Below are positions 15,301 through 27,373 of a stretch of DNA of 64,000 nt, piece after piece. Made by a program: the position numbers and the translations under genes. How positions within the stretch are numbered: position 1 is the first letter of the stretch; the number at the start of each line of letters is the position of its first letter. The notes below the pieces were generated by a model. It made no database searches, was not told where the DNA came from, and saw only the letters and a program-made list of their open reading frames with translations. Origin of the DNA: Azolla caroliniana (lineage: Eukaryota > Plantae > Polypodiophyta); contig JBHGNT010000003.1 of the NCBI GenBank assembly GCA_043228905.1, positions 16,182,001 to 16,246,000 on the forward strand, written 5' to 3'.

Positions 15301-18300
15301 GAAGTAACAATCTGCTATACTGAGTATGAATTAGGCGATGTTTGAATCATTCAAAATAGGTGAAAAATCCCATTTTGTTCTTCCATCCCCACCTATTCCC
15401 ATCTAGTTTTCTTGATGGGCATGCCTGCACATTATCATGTTTTGGAAGATTCTGTTACCCCTAATCCATCCTCCTTTCCTCTTGTCCTTACTCTCTCTTC
15501 ACCTACCTTATTAGCATTAAAATAGTCTGTATCACCTATGAGAACCAGCAGTCATTACATCATTTACAATATTTTCTTACCTTGAAGATCAATAAAAGAA
15601 ATCTATAAGTTGTCTCGTGTATTCTAATGTAACTTACCCCTAGAGTCAAATGTTACAATAATTTCTCATCTTGAATATTAATAAAGGACATGAATAAAAC
15701 TTACCCCCACAATCCAATGACTGGGGGTATGCACTATAACCTAATGCATTCTCAAATAGATAAGACTTCAATCTTCTGAAGGTCTTTCACAAAGGCCAGA
15801 TCAAAGACAGAGATGTCCCTTGAGAGAAGAAAAAAGACTCTTCAACATCGGGAGATTATGGCTTTGGTTTGCAATCGCAATGGCATCAAAGCCACTGTCC
15901 AAGTGGAGGTGAACTACTCTTCAACATCGGGGGATTATGGCTTTGGTTTGCAATCGCAAGGGCATCAAAGTCACTTTCCAAGTGGAGGTGAACTATGTGC
16001 ATGAAACTTTGAAATTGTGTGATCTATGGTAGCCTCCTCAGATTTCTGAGGTTCAAGTTCTGGAAGATTCCTTCCCCTTGCACTAGGCTGAAGGTATTTC
16101 TTGGGGCTAAGCTTGTTGACAAAAGCTGTGGGAAACCATCTGCTCGTATGAATCTTTTTAAGATTCAAAAGGTTCTCTAGACTTTAGCAATTTTTCTTTG
16201 AAATGCAAGCATGGTTCCAATCGCATGGCATAATAAATGCACTACCCCTGTTCCAATATAGCTCAGATTGTCCTCACTTAGACATGAACAAAGTAGAGAA
16301 GAATAAGAGTAATCCAAACTTGCATCTCAATTGCACAATGGAAGAACATGGATCAGCTCCATAAGTCCTAATCATAACAAGATGGACATATCATCAGCGT
16401 ACACATCTATCTCATGGGCTCCATATTGTGATAGGCCAGCTCAAGATCACGACATTATTTAGAGGTTGAGACAAACAGATATGCATAAAACACTACAAAA
16501 GAACACATTTGCCAATTCTGGACTTGGGGAGGATAATTAATTTTTCCATTGTATTGTTTATCAGATAAGGTAGAGATATCTTCCCTTCTTCAAACAAGTC
16601 TTTGGCCCACTCTACAAGATAATGGAATAAGAAGATGCTCGGGACTTTGTTTGCTGGAAATCAAATGCACAGAGAGAAAATGTTGAAGAGTAACAATACA
16701 CCCACAAAGCTCATCAACAAAGAATCATGACTGCTTTCTTTAATTTCATCAGTCCTAATCATAAAAGTCAATCAAAGACTACGCAATCAGGGTCTTGACT
16801 ACAACATTTGAGAGGGGTGATGATAATCAGATAATAGCAAATTGTAATAAACACAGTCTCCATGTAGACCATGGCCTTATCAACCTTAATAAACAAATAA
16901 AGATCAATATCACGCAACAAAAATGTGCTCACCTTGCTTCGGACTCCATCTTGGATGGAACCATGTTAGAGATCTCTCCAGGGCAGAAGTTTTGGCCCAT
17001 CTAAGCTCAAAATGTTGAGCACTTAGTAAGAAGATTATTTGGTGCCTTAGGCAATTTGACTACTTTAGCTATACTTATTTTGGCTTGCTGTTTTCAAATA
17101 TGAAAACATTTTAAGATAAAATCTTTTGTTCGGTCTTAGAGGCGATGTGTGGTTGGCCACACAAATAGCGGGAATGATTAGGAACATCATAATAGAAGGA
17201 GATACTTGCAATTAGAAGTAACCAGAGGGTTTTATACATGAACAAACAAGTGCAGCCTTCCAATGCAGATGACATTATGTTGATCTCCAACTCTCTGAAC
17301 AGCCAAGAAAGACATCTAAATGCCTTAAAGTCATTTTACATAAATAAAGATCTATCAAATCAACATTGATAAAACTAAAGTAATGGTGTTTAAATCGAAA
17401 AGAGATCAAACCCAGAATTCTTCTTGGAGGCAGAAAAGGTGCTATACATACGATCCTACAGACATCTAGAAGTAACATTCACAAGGCCTTGATTCTGCCG
17501 ACAAGATTTTGCTCACGCTCAACTTTCTCATGGATATGCAGCCTTTGGTGCCCTTGAGAGAGAATGTGCACACATCCGTTCCAAGAACCACAAACTAAAT
17601 TGTGGTTTTTTGATACACTTGTAATATCAAACCTTCTCTATGGTGCAGGAATTTGGGAACTGCGCATTCATAGGGCACATAACTAAACAAATTTGGAAAG
17701 ACCTTTGGTCTCGATGCTTGTCTGCATGATAAGGAACAAAGCATCCATGCCCATGATATAATCTGGCAAAGATAGGAGTGGCCTCAATAGTGACCAAGGC
17801 ATTACTCCAGTTAGTGACTAGTATCCAGCACATTTGAGAGCTCCTCTCTATGCAAGGTACTCACGCTGAACATGGAGATTATCATTGTTGGTATGCAGAA
17901 ATGCAAGAATTGGCATCAATATAAACGGACAACCCCTAATCCAAAAAAAATATTGTCCACAATTGAACATGTTGAAGCCAAAAAAAGATAGACCGGTTTG
18001 CCCCACAACGTCTCTTGATAGGAAGATCGACCCCTTTAAGGCAATCTTTTTACACATTCTGCAAGATGAATTTATTATATGGATACATATCGATGGTTTG
18101 CACCATGTATTGTAATAGACCAGCTCAACAGCTCTTTACATCAATTAGAAATTGAGATACGAAAATATGCATGCAAATCTATGGAAGAATGGTGCTGCCA
18201 ATTGTGCCATCGAGGGGGATCAGATGAACACTATGTTTGCAACTGTGTTCTTTTTTCTGACATAACAGGGAGATACTACTGCCTCTTCAACCAAGGCACT

Positions 18301-19831
18301 GACCCATTACGTAAGGTAACAGAATACAAAGACCAGGAGAGATTGGGATTATTCTTGATAGAACTTAAGAGATACAAACAAGTTGTTGAAGGACAATCAT
18401 ACAATCACAATAGATCATCAACAGGGAACAAACAAAACTTTCTTTCACTCCATTACTCCTCATCCTTCAAGTCAATCAAGGACTACACAAGTGGGGTCTC
18501 AACCAACATACTCAAAAAGGGTTGCAATAGCAATATTCCATGCAAGTAAACAATGATCATCAGGACCATGGCCTTATCCTCATCATCAAAAATAAAGACC
18601 ATTATCACATAGCATCAAAGGGGCTTCCCTCAGGTTCATAGATCTCTCAATTTGTTTGGTCTTCTAGGCCATTTTGCCTTCTCAAAAGATATTAATATAG
18701 CTTTCTTTCTTTATTTCTTTGCCTCTCAAATTCTAACAAAAAACATACCCAACGCACTCTTTGACCTTCATATTTGATTGTTTTCTGCAATGATATATTC
18801 CTCTTATTCTCATGGTAAATTGCGCAATGGCAAACATGGTGCTCCTCTAATTCCATTCGTTGAATACAACTTTTGGAGATATGACCTTCCAAGTTTATGC
18901 AAAAGCATCTTTCTTAACCACATTCAACAAAATCAAATATATAGCATTTCATTTCCCAAACAATACAATATGATGCATTCATTTGAATTGAATTCAACAA
19001 AAGACATCAAATATACATATACACAAAACATATATATATACATATACACACAAAAATAAAAGAAAGAAAGAGAAAACAAGGTTGCCACCATTAGCTCGAA
19101 ACATATATGTCAAAAATAATAAAAACGTAACAAGATAGCTAAACAAAAAATTTGTAGCAACAAAAACTCCAAACATATATAAACAATAATGAACAGATGG
19201 AAACAAAAGTTAACAGTATTAGCGCCAAACATATAAATGGGTGTATATATACACATACAATGTACGTGTAGATGTATATGTATATATATGTTAACATATA
19301 AGAATGAATATATATGTATGTGTTTATATACATCTACATCTATAAATATGTATAAATGTTAAGTGTATACATATGCAAAAATAGCATAGGAATTTATTTA
19401 TAAAGAACTAAACTTACCAACATTTGCATTTGGAGCTGTGTCCATTGCCTTTTCTGGCTAGTGAGATGTTCAGGGTTAAAAAATCCCTTTCGGCTGCTTT
19501 CTTTGGAGAATCCTTGGTGTTTCCACATCTTGGCAATGTGTCTTGAAAGTTTCTCAAAGGTTCCATTGTTATTGTTATTCTTGCTATTACTTCTATCATT
19601 GTTCAAAGAGAAAACGATTGAAGGTTTGGGGCGGACTGCAGCTGCATTGGCAATCACGACTCTTGCCACTTCCTCTGTTGTTGTTGATGTTGTTGTTGTT
19701 GTTGCTGCTGCTGCTGCTGTTGTAATTGTGTGAGAAATCAGTGGATTCTTCTTATTGTTGTTTGGCTCACCATCATGCTCATGATCATGATCACCGTGAC
19801 GATCAAAATCTTCTTCTAGATTCTCTCCCAT
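331..19831 (-). CDS. DENN-domain protein (putative Rab GEF), complete spliced gene, 18 coding exons, ~848 aa
   Basis: Exons read with GT/AG boundaries and continuous frame: 19831-19418, 13486-13283, 13190-13107, 12506-12447, 12332-12288, 12188-11983, 11876-11361, 11266-11182, 11101-10904, 10585-10496, 10201-10139, 8480-8406, 8319-8269, 7877-7800, 7599-7465, 7093-6986, 1208-1143, 399-331 (2547 nt, ATG to TAA). Plant DENN motifs: LFEHMVVVG, AFCFPGGV, VADNATLYGVC, RCYCFLTKLPFFDLHFEVL, LLEKQIVVVCPNVGVLSAVVLS, RPFQWQSLMLP, FLDAPVPFIVG, LFVDTQLFS. Confidence 0.93.
618..1035. repeat. Imperfect GGACAY hexamer microsatellite in last intron
   Basis: Runs of ggacat/ggacac, with an internal duplicated block (~717-780 vs ~885-945). 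Confidence 0.9.
1143..1208 (-). CDS. DENN gene exon 17
   Basis: VSLLLKDSFVEDFERKDHSFMK. Confidence 0.9.
1760..2190 (+). mobile_element. Degenerate Ty1/Copia gag remnant
   Basis: Translates with stops as NTAVNQVYLMRSL..HISTFNSLLNQLQDVELQILDDKMKAIFLLMAFLERWEAVVVSLSNS (Copia gag-like). Confidence 0.65.
2951..4276 (-). pseudogene. LINE reverse transcriptase ORF fragment (441 aa)
   Basis: QGCPLSP and YADD motifs; frame broken before the Cys/His region compared with the copy at 14122-14838. Confidence 0.85.
4678..4777. other. Assembly gap (100 N)
   Basis: Run of exactly 100 N. Confidence 0.99.
5300..6300 (-). repeat. Three diverged copies of an intronic ~250-bp repeat family
   Basis: Copies at ~5300-5500, ~5610-5880 and ~6160-6300 are reverse complements of the unit at 8575-9095 (catgggctgattcactc...ccagatatatat...tacattgtatcc...tgtatcattactttcatcac). 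Confidence 0.65.
6986..7093 (-). CDS. DENN gene exon 16
   Basis: AAESFLTVIRSYLESLCKNLRSHTITNVQSNNDK. Confidence 0.92.
7465..7599 (-). CDS. DENN gene exon 15
   Basis: VSMPYTPPLPHQRELSSALEPYH...HPVYVCNEDQ. Confidence 0.9.
7800..7877 (-). CDS. DENN gene exon 14
   Basis: VGMLQKSPALRAKSSSVVVVNVQRDK. Confidence 0.88.
8269..8319 (-). CDS. DENN gene exon 13
   Basis: ILPNQMLDFLDAPVPFI. Confidence 0.92.
8406..8480 (-). CDS. DENN gene exon 12
   Basis: GVLSAVVLSVIPLIRPFQWQSLMLP. Confidence 0.92.
8575..9095 (+). repeat. Tandem pair of the same ~240-270-bp repeat
   Basis: Units start cacttggctctctccagac at 8581 and 8821. Confidence 0.85.
9720..10080. repeat. ~185-bp diverged tandem duplication
   Basis: catgtatgtct...ggagatt...catcact...gagat(c/t)gcttaca...gtactcaagtctatata...agtaacaaag occurs twice. 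Confidence 0.75.
10139..10201 (-). CDS. DENN gene exon 11
   Basis: VLSLFACVLLEKQIVVVCPNV. Confidence 0.92.
10496..10585 (-). CDS. DENN gene exon 10
   Basis: AEEAAAISIWTVATICRVLSLEN. Confidence 0.9.
10904..11101 (-). CDS. DENN gene exon 9
   Basis: LLQILYEYYKLPVPARGSSLSFQPLEHL. Confidence 0.9.
11182..11266 (-). CDS. DENN gene exon 8
   Basis: YRQSVNSEDDDGEV...SAE; restores phase 0. Confidence 0.8.
11361..11876 (-). CDS. DENN gene exon 7
   Basis: IITQERLDRITE... acidic linker; CAG/GT. Confidence 0.88.
11983..12188 (-). CDS. DENN gene exon 6
   Basis: VADNATLYGVC...RCYCFLTKLPFFDLHFEVLN. Confidence 0.92.
12288..12332 (-). CDS. DENN gene exon 5
   Basis: DHVMRDDLSYIFLLK; TAG/GT. Confidence 0.88.
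12447..12506 (-). CDS. DENN gene exon 4
   Basis: AHLVERTPSLSELNEIIYGQ; CAG/GT. Confidence 0.9.
13107..13190 (-). CDS. DENN gene exon 3
   Basis: ILFSFPPGKRLPMRQKDLFAFCFPGGVE; CAG/GT. Confidence 0.9.
13283..13486 (-). CDS. DENN gene exon 2 (uDENN start)
   Basis: ERKKWTEPSCLFEHMVVVGIHP...PDPE; CAG/GT. Confidence 0.9.
13523..14010 (+). mobile_element. RTE-X-like LINE 3' fragment
   Basis: Matches the 3' ORF end and UTR of the 2193-5100 element, including ggtcttataggcca..tggcctcttaaaagac. Confidence 0.85.
14086..15042 (+). mobile_element. RTE-X-like LINE 3' fragment with 238-aa C-terminal ORF
   Basis: ORF 14122-14838 (SSHQLQIEVGRYTRIPLEERICQLC..EEHYVCHC); highly similar to the reverse complement of 2200-3150; TTTC tail. 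Confidence 0.9.
16560..17145 (+). mobile_element. Old degenerate RTE-X-like 3' fragment
   Basis: Diverged similarity to the 3' end of the 14086 copy. Confidence 0.6.
17200..18720 (+). mobile_element. Degenerate RTE-X-like LINE (RT C-half to tail)
   Basis: ADDIMLISN..QRHLNALK..NIDKTKVMVF remnant; SLHQLEIEIRKY..CQLCH..EHYVCNC; same 3' tail. Confidence 0.8.
18720..18900 (-). mobile_element. Short inverted RTE-X-like fragment
   Basis: ELEEHHVCHC..YEGQR..FLLEFERQR resembles the C-terminus of the other copies. Confidence 0.6.
19418..19831 (-). CDS. DENN gene exon 1
   Basis: ATG at 19831 with an in-frame upstream TGA; FFNPEHLTSQKRQW; donor GTAAG. Confidence 0.85.
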
Positions 19832-20399
19832 GGAATCTATTGGTCCGGAGTCTCAAGGAAAATTCTGAGGCTATTCTTTTGAGAATCTTTTGAGGATATT
19901 TGTAGAATCTTCCAAGAATATCCCCACAGGACCCCTCTGAGGATAAAGCAATAATTGTAATATTCTCCTAGATTCTCTTTCCCACAAAATGTACTCCGGC
20001 AGGAGCCTTCTCAGGGATTGTTCAATCATTAAAGACCTTTCACGAATGTTCCAAGATTCATTCCTCCCGTCGGGAATTACAGCAAGGGCATCTTGGCAAG
20101 CATATTCGAGGAAATCTGTGCGATGTTCCGGGGAACTTCTATGACTAGGATATTGGGGGCAATCATCACGGAGGCAGATGTGGGGAGATTTTTTCACGGT
20201 AATTTTTCAGGAGAATCTTTCCGAATACTGGGAACCGTTCTCGGCAATCCTTCAGAGTCCAAGCGTGCGCAATAGGAATTGAATGTCGGAGAGGAGGATT
20301 CCGAGGTACAAAATGGAGATGGAGAGGGAGCCGGGTTCTGTGTGTGTATGAATGCAGACATACACAGGGAAGGAGAGGAGAGAGAGAGAGAGAGAGAGA

Positions 20400-20682
20400 G
20401 AGATCTTTCTCTTTCTCTTTCTCTTTCTCTGAGTCTGTGTATTGTGTTGTGTCCTGATGATGATGATGATGATGAATCTTGTCTGTTCCTGGAGGGTACT
20501 GCGTGTAATTTATGAAAACTTATACTTCCCTTCTTTGCGTTAGAGAGATCTCTTTCTCTTTCTCTGAGTCTGTGTATTGTGCTGTGTCCTGATGATGATG
20601 ATGATGATGATGAATCTTGTCTGTTCCTGGAGGGTACTGCGTGTAATTTATGAAAACTTATACTTCCCTTCTTTGCGTTACA
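20400..20682. repeat. ~125-bp tandem duplication with GA/GAT microsatellites upstream of DENN gene
   Basis: gagtctgtgtattgtg..gatgatgat..ggagggtactgcgtgtaatttatgaaaacttata..ttctttgcgtta occurs twice. Confidence 0.9.
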
Positions 20683-22790
20683 CATGTATGTACATACATA
20701 GGTGGCTCTGTTTCTCTCTCTCTCTCCCCTTCATCTTTGAAGAGTCCCTTTTCTTTTCTACTCTTATTTTTTTCCATGTGTTTCTTTCTTAATTGAATAA
20801 AAAAAAGAGAGTCCTGTTTTTATTTTATTCTTTCAAGCAGTTTTTTAAAACAAGGAATGGAGCCCTTTCTCAATCTCTTCTTTGCTCCATCGATTGCAAA
20901 TTGACCTTATATTTTGTGTATGTGTGCACGTGCATTCGCCGTGTCGTCTCTCTATGTTCAAAGGGAAGAGCAGTCAAGCGAGCTCCTTCCAACACATCAA
21001 CTACTCTGAACTTCGAGCACATGCCTACGAAGGTCTCTGAATTATCAATAGCTTCGACACGATTTGAACACCATGCCTCTTCTTGAAGAGGCAGGGAGAG
21101 TTTATTACCGACGCTCCGTGAATTTCACTAGTGAAGTTTTTGCTTTCCAAAATGCACATTGTGGCTGAAGGAGTGTCATTGTGACAGGTCATTTGTTGAA
21201 TTTGTTTATTCTTGAGGGTCCTTTAATAGTCTTGAAAAACTTTGATGAAAATTACACCCTACAACTATAAAAAAATATTTAATCTAAAAAATAAACGATT
21301 GGGTCACAACAATCCTACTCTCCACTACAATCTTATCTTAACTGCATTGTATAAAAATTTTATGAACTTTAATGATGTTAGTGCCAATCGATCTCAACTT
21401 GATTTCATATGCATTTGTGGGTCCTTCCACGTATCAATGTCATGAGAGAGAACTTTATTCCCTCCTATACATATTCCATGTTGTTTTACAATTTATGATA
21501 ATTTTTTGATATATAGATTGTTGCATAATGTGATGTATTTACAGTGATATATATAGTTTGGGACACTCCAGAAAGGGTGATCATATTAATCTGAAGTACA
21601 CTAGGGTTTGGCCTCGTTCTATCAAAATATTGTAATCAAGATGTCAAGTCCAATCAATTTCAACTCAATTACATCTATGCATGTAATCAAATGACCAATG
21701 TTTTAGTTTATTTATTTACAAATTAAAACTTCGATGAAAATTACATTGTTAGGTCCTCATCCATCTAAACTCTACCACAATCTAATCATAACCCCATTCC
21801 ATGGAAAATTATGCTTTGCAACAATGTTTACACCAATCAATCTCAACTCAATTACATCAACATTTATGTATGTCCATATCACCTTTGTTCTACTTGCTTA
21901 TACACATGATTGCCTTTCATTGTGCATGTTCCTTGTTAGTTTTACAAATAAAATAAAACTAATTAAAGCTACAAATTTTTAATATCTATACTTAATCATC
22001 ACTAATAAACATAGTAAAGGTCTTTTCATCACTAATGTATTGTGGCTTTCAATCAACTTACCTCGCCATTTCGATAGCATTGTTCGATGGAAAAGAAGCC
22101 CAACCACCTCTGCCCTCCGACCTTGGCATGATGATGTGGCAAAGTGACATTAATCTAATCTAGCTTTTTCCATTGATAAAATACTCACTTTTTATATATA
22201 TATATACATAATGACATAATTGTAGTATGAATTATGATATTTCACATTATAAAAATTCTCATCATGAAGAATTTAGTCATTTTATTCCTTGTTAGAGCAT
22301 GAAACCCATGTGAATAAAGGGGTACATAAGATTTTGATATATGTTGGATTCTATCATTCCTTAACTAAATGTTGTTATTTCTTCAAATGGATGTTGATAA
22401 CACCAACATTCGATGACAATGATCCTAAATTGATGCAATATAGTAACGTTATGGGTATTATGGAAATGTAGATATAGTTGACCTTATGATGCAACAAATC
22501 TTGGTCCTTCAAATGTACTGCTTGAGATATGGGAAACATTGCTAGCATTAGTCCATGGGTAGTATGATAATATGTATGGTTCTCTAGAAAACGTTCATAA
22601 GAGAAGGACGAAGCTTTTTCGATTTTGGAGGAAGTTGCCCCTCTTTGTAGTGTTAGATCAAGGGCCTCAATGGAACTATCGACTTCCATGGACCCTTTCT
22701 TGAATATCAGTACATCATGGTAATGTACCGTATCAAGGTTCAACACCCCTTTATAAGTTGCTTTTGTATGTACAGGTTCTAGTATACATA

Positions 22791-23402
22791 TGTGAATGTG
22801 AACGTGCGGAAGTCTATTACAAACCGGCTCTACTGGATAGCAATAGTTAGAGAGGAAGCTTCAATGGAAGCTTAACACAGAGAATATGCGCGGGAGAGAG
22901 AGAGAAAGAACATAAACTCTATTAAAAAATAACACTCTGTATATACAATATGCTTGACAACACTATTTATACAAGTCCAAGGAGGACTGACAGAAGTACC
23001 ATGTACTTCGATGCTCATATGAGCAACTGACACTAACTACGAGGACTCTGACTACCTAGTAGTCTAGACGCGTATAGACTACTACTAGCCTTCCGGTTCA
23101 CATTTGAATCGGCTCCCCGATCTGTCTCTCCGATCCGGCTCTTGGTTTTGGATATCATTCAATTCTTCGTCCTGGATACCGATCCAGATCTGGTTGAGCT
23201 TGCTCGCTCAACACTCCCCCTCAAGCGCAACTTGAGTTCGGATCGCAGTGTTAGTGTCTGTAGTAGCCGGTCCTTCCATCCGGCTCCTTCTGGCGTCGTT
23301 CCGCCTTGCTCGCGCTCCTCGTCCGGTCTGCTCCCGTTTCCCGCAACCCTTCTGGTTCCGCGCACCTCGGCCTCCTTGGTCGGCTTGTCTGCTCGCTCAA
23401 CA
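22791..23402 (-). mobile_element. 612-bp LTR-derived element (solo-LTR-like) with internal PPT
   Basis: TG...CA ends; 5-bp TSD ACATA (22786-22790 / 23403-23407); internal Copia-type PPT after a second copy of the terminus gctcgctcaaca (ending 23213). Confidence 0.8.
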
Positions 23403-25589
23403 ACATACAATGTCATTTATTCTACGTTGTAAGCCTTTGGGCAGATAACTTTAACTTATAGCCTTCAAATGTTTTTAATACTATTGAAAAAAATCTTTCA
23501 AGGAAAAACAAAATTGCATGAAAAATGGTGTTGTTTGCACCTTCAAAAGTGCCCAATGTGAAGTGGTGACATCAGGAATCCAACGTTACGATAAACAAAG
23601 TTTGGGATTCAACTTTTGATAAATTTCATGAAAAGGTGCATATTCAAAGGATATTTAACCCTATGAACTATGAGAATTTGGTCCACGATAGCAAGTTCTC
23701 ATGGCCTCTCCTAGCCTATGTAAAATTGTTAGAATATTGGAAGTTCCATATATAAAAGCTTCTATGATGATGTGACATCAAACCCATTGTTAGACACTTG
23801 AACCTAGCCTATCTATTTACAATAGTAGAACACAAGCTTTACCACAACACCATCATAAACAACATGTCTCAACAAAATGATATTATTATCTCATTGAATT
23901 CATTGGCATAGGTATTTGCATTAACCTCTTTCCAGGATATAAAACTTGAACAATTGGTTACCTTGAGACACCATAATGTCCAAGTATATTACCTCTACAT
24001 GAATAATGAGCAATCTTGAGAAAAGCACAAGGTGCAAATATATTCCCTCTACATGGGAGATGATGAACAATGAATAAAATTGACCTTGTGAGTGATTTCA
24101 TTATCATTTTCAATTGTTTTTCCTTGCATGTTTTTTTTTCCAAAAATCCAAAACTCCTTCCATTAGTTATAAAATTCTTCAAGTGAGAATGTTATATACA
24201 AATCCTAGAAGGGACTTGATAGTTCCATCTTATGTGGACACCCATTGAATCAAGAAATGGAGAAGACGACCTTTTATTGGATGAAGGCTAATCATTGTCT
24301 TTTGGCTCCATGGATCCACCTGTGATGCCATCATATTGGCTCTTTAGTGTGGCTACAACTTCACTCCATACCTCCCGCAATATCGTCGCATGGTGCACAG
24401 TTTGATTGGACGAGACCCACCTACAACGTTGTTCCAAGAGAGTCTATAGTGTTATTGGACTAACCAATTCCAGGATGACTTGAGCTTTGGCATTGATGGG
24501 AGTTTAGTGAATATTGTCAATGGTGGAAAAACAAAATCTCTTGTGCCTTTATCGCCAATGTCATCCCCTCCTCTTGGTGTACATATATGTCAATTGGGGC
24601 CTGCCATGATAACCAACATACATGTTATATTTCATGTAGTGGCATTATGGATCAATGTTTCTTTTCAATATTTTTCTACCTTGTTTTATTCTCGACTAAT
24701 GCCAATATCGCAAAGTAACATGTTATTGAGATGTTAAACACTCAATATTTATTGGACACAAATACCAAACCACATTATTCTATATTCCTAGTAGCTTATG
24801 CATTCTAAATAGAATATTTGAGTAAGCATACTTATATTTGGTTTTCTACTATCCACTTTTCAACATAATATTAGTCTAATTGCATTCATCATGAAGAACA
24901 TATTTGATAGTTACAATGTTTGTGGATTTGCAACTTGATGCCACATCACAAGTCCCCACACCTCGTCATCAACAAATCAAGCTCCTTCAATAAAAATAGA
25001 GATATTCTATGTTGATCTAGAATAAATATAATTGAAAAAGAAGAACTCAAACTTTAAGAAAGTCACAAATTTCTTTTCTTAATAAAAAATGAAATCAAGC
25101 AATAAAAAGAAACTTCGATTGGAGGTGGAAAGAAAAGGGGGTAAAAGAGGCTCATAAAATTAATTAGGTTACAAACCATGACAAGTAACTCATTTAGCAC
25201 ATAGATAAACATGAAATATAACAAAATTAATTAAGAATATATATATTTTTAGTTTTTAATTATTGAGAGATACAAATCCATCCAAGTGTCTTGAGATGAA
25301 GAACTAAACGTTGTCATTATATTAGTGAAGATATATGCATAAGGCTTAAGAAATTGGCCACTTGCAAGGCAGGAGATCTTCGAGTATCAACGTTTAATGC
25401 TCGGATGGAGGAAAAGAAAGCACTTGTTTGGATGAGTAATATGCTAAAATTTGTACTTCAACATGGTATACCTCATGATGAAGAGAAAACTAGATCAAAA
25501 GGGAGAGTCATAAGTCATGTAAATAATTATCAAACAATTGACGTTGATTCTCTTATGACAAAACTAATTGGATGTCTAATGGAAGCCAA

Positions 25590-26630
25590 GTAAAGTGAGG
25601 CAGGGTTGTCCCCCAACCCCATATCTTTATCTATTGTAACCGAGGCTTTCTCTGCCTTCTTACAAGAACCAAGCAACGGATTGAGGGGATTGCCCATCCC
25701 CATGCGTCTAAAGATCTTATGCTATCGGAATATGCCAACTATATGGTCCTCTTCCTATAGGGCGATGAGGAGAATTTGCAGCGGGCAGAACAACTTGTCA
25801 AGGACTTTTGCCAGGCTGCTGGTGCCAAGGTCAATTGGGATAAACCCTAGGGCCTCTGGTTCAACGCACAAGAGAAACCAAGGTGGCAACCCCACCCCAA
25901 TTTTAACTAGGTCCCAGACGAGACAACGTTCAAGTACCCAGGGTTTACAATGGGGAGGGCGATCCCCAAGGGAGCACAACTGTTCTATGTGTAGTCCAAA
26001 ATAAGCAAGAAATTAAACCGGTTGAGTAGATCTAAACTATCATTTGTTAGTAGGGTCCTTATTGCAAACCAGGTGATGGTTGCCACCATGTGGCACTCAG
26101 TCTCATGTTGGATTATGAACCCTGTAGATCTACACACGATTAAGGTTTCCATCAGGGGGTTTATGTAAGGACAACCCAATGACGACCACCACAGTGTCAT
26201 GGCGCTGGTTAATGCAACCATGGGCCAACAAGGGGCTTGGCCTCATAGACCCCTTAACGCATAACTGAGAAGTACTAACCAAAATGATGGCTCGGTGCCT
26301 CCTACCAGATAAGGAGTGTTGGAAGGTACAAGTACGGTAGGCCTTGGCCTGACTCCTTGGATTGGTGTTGCACAAACGGAGTCCCATCCCAAGATGGCAT
26401 GTCAACCGGAGGATAAGGTAACGAACTCCAACTTGCGGGCATGATGTGACATGCGATAACAGTTGGTCAAGCACATCTTGGAGACACTAGTTGAACGGAC
26501 TAGACAACCATTATTTTGGAATCCTCAAGTGCGAACAAGTGATGAAATGATGTTAGGTAGCTTAAGGGCCTAGTGTGGGGAAAGCTGGCACAAACAAGGG
26601 TCCACTCTATAGGAGATTGGAGATGCATGG
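25590..26630 (+). mobile_element. Degenerate L1-clade LINE, RT part (base layer of nest)
   Basis: LSP..IVTEAFSAFLQE..MLSEYA..ENLQRAEQLVKDFCQAAGAKVNWDK..RVLIANQVMVATMW, with stops and frameshifts. Confidence 0.8.
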
Positions 26631-27368
26631 TGTGAAGTCAATTTTTGCTCATAGGAAACGACCGTGACAGATACATTGGATGCAAAGGTATAGAAGAATA
26701 AAGCACAATATGAAAGTTCTAAGAGTTAAAAGATAAATGAAATGGAAGAGAAATCAAGTTAGAGGCGTTTTTTAAAAGTAGAAAAAGCAAAAAAAGAAGA
26801 AAAAAAGAAAAAGAAGAAAAACGCAGGAAATTAAGCAGAAAAAGCAAGGTAGAGAAAAAAGCTCATAACTTCTTCATCTCTTATCCAAATTTCAAAAGAA
26901 AAGATTTGTACGAAAGCTGAAAAAGAGAGGTTTCTTGTATGAAAAAATTGGATGAAAACCCAGAAATAATGATATGAAAAATACACCACACAAACTCGAG
27001 GATATGTAAAAGAAAAGAAAAGAAAAGAAAAAAGCAAGAATAACGCAACTAAAAACTTATAAATATATGCGGTATTCTTAGCAATTAAGGGGAGGGAGGA
27101 AGAATAGAATATCTACAAGGAAGGATAGAAGATTTACAAGAAGATGAAGAATTGAGGAAGAAGAAGAAGATTAGAAGAAGTGGGAAGACGATTAGTAGAA
27201 GAAAGAGAGAAGGCAAAAAGACTATTTTAGTAATAGTATATTGAAGTAGTTATTTGGGGTTGTTCCTCTTGGTGTCTAAGAGGATTGTATTCTTTTCTTA
27301 ATAGTATATTGAGGTATTCTTTTTTCTTCATCTTCTCTTCTCTATCTTTTTTCTCTCTCTCTTCATCA
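26631..27368 (+). mobile_element. Solo LTR
   Basis: TGTGAAG...CTTCATCA with CATGG TSD; absent from the paralogous empty site at ~47310; termini resemble those of the 35692-39561 element. Confidence 0.8.
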
Positions 27369-27373
27369 CATGG

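Noticed and set aside
19871-20685. Upstream ORFs or extra exons of the DENN gene
   Set aside because: Non-ATG or microsatellite-derived frames with no recognisable homology; an in-frame stop precedes the 19831 ATG
23880-24560. Possible inverted L1 3' remnant (RWNYQVP-like)
   Set aside because: Too degenerate to support without an alignment
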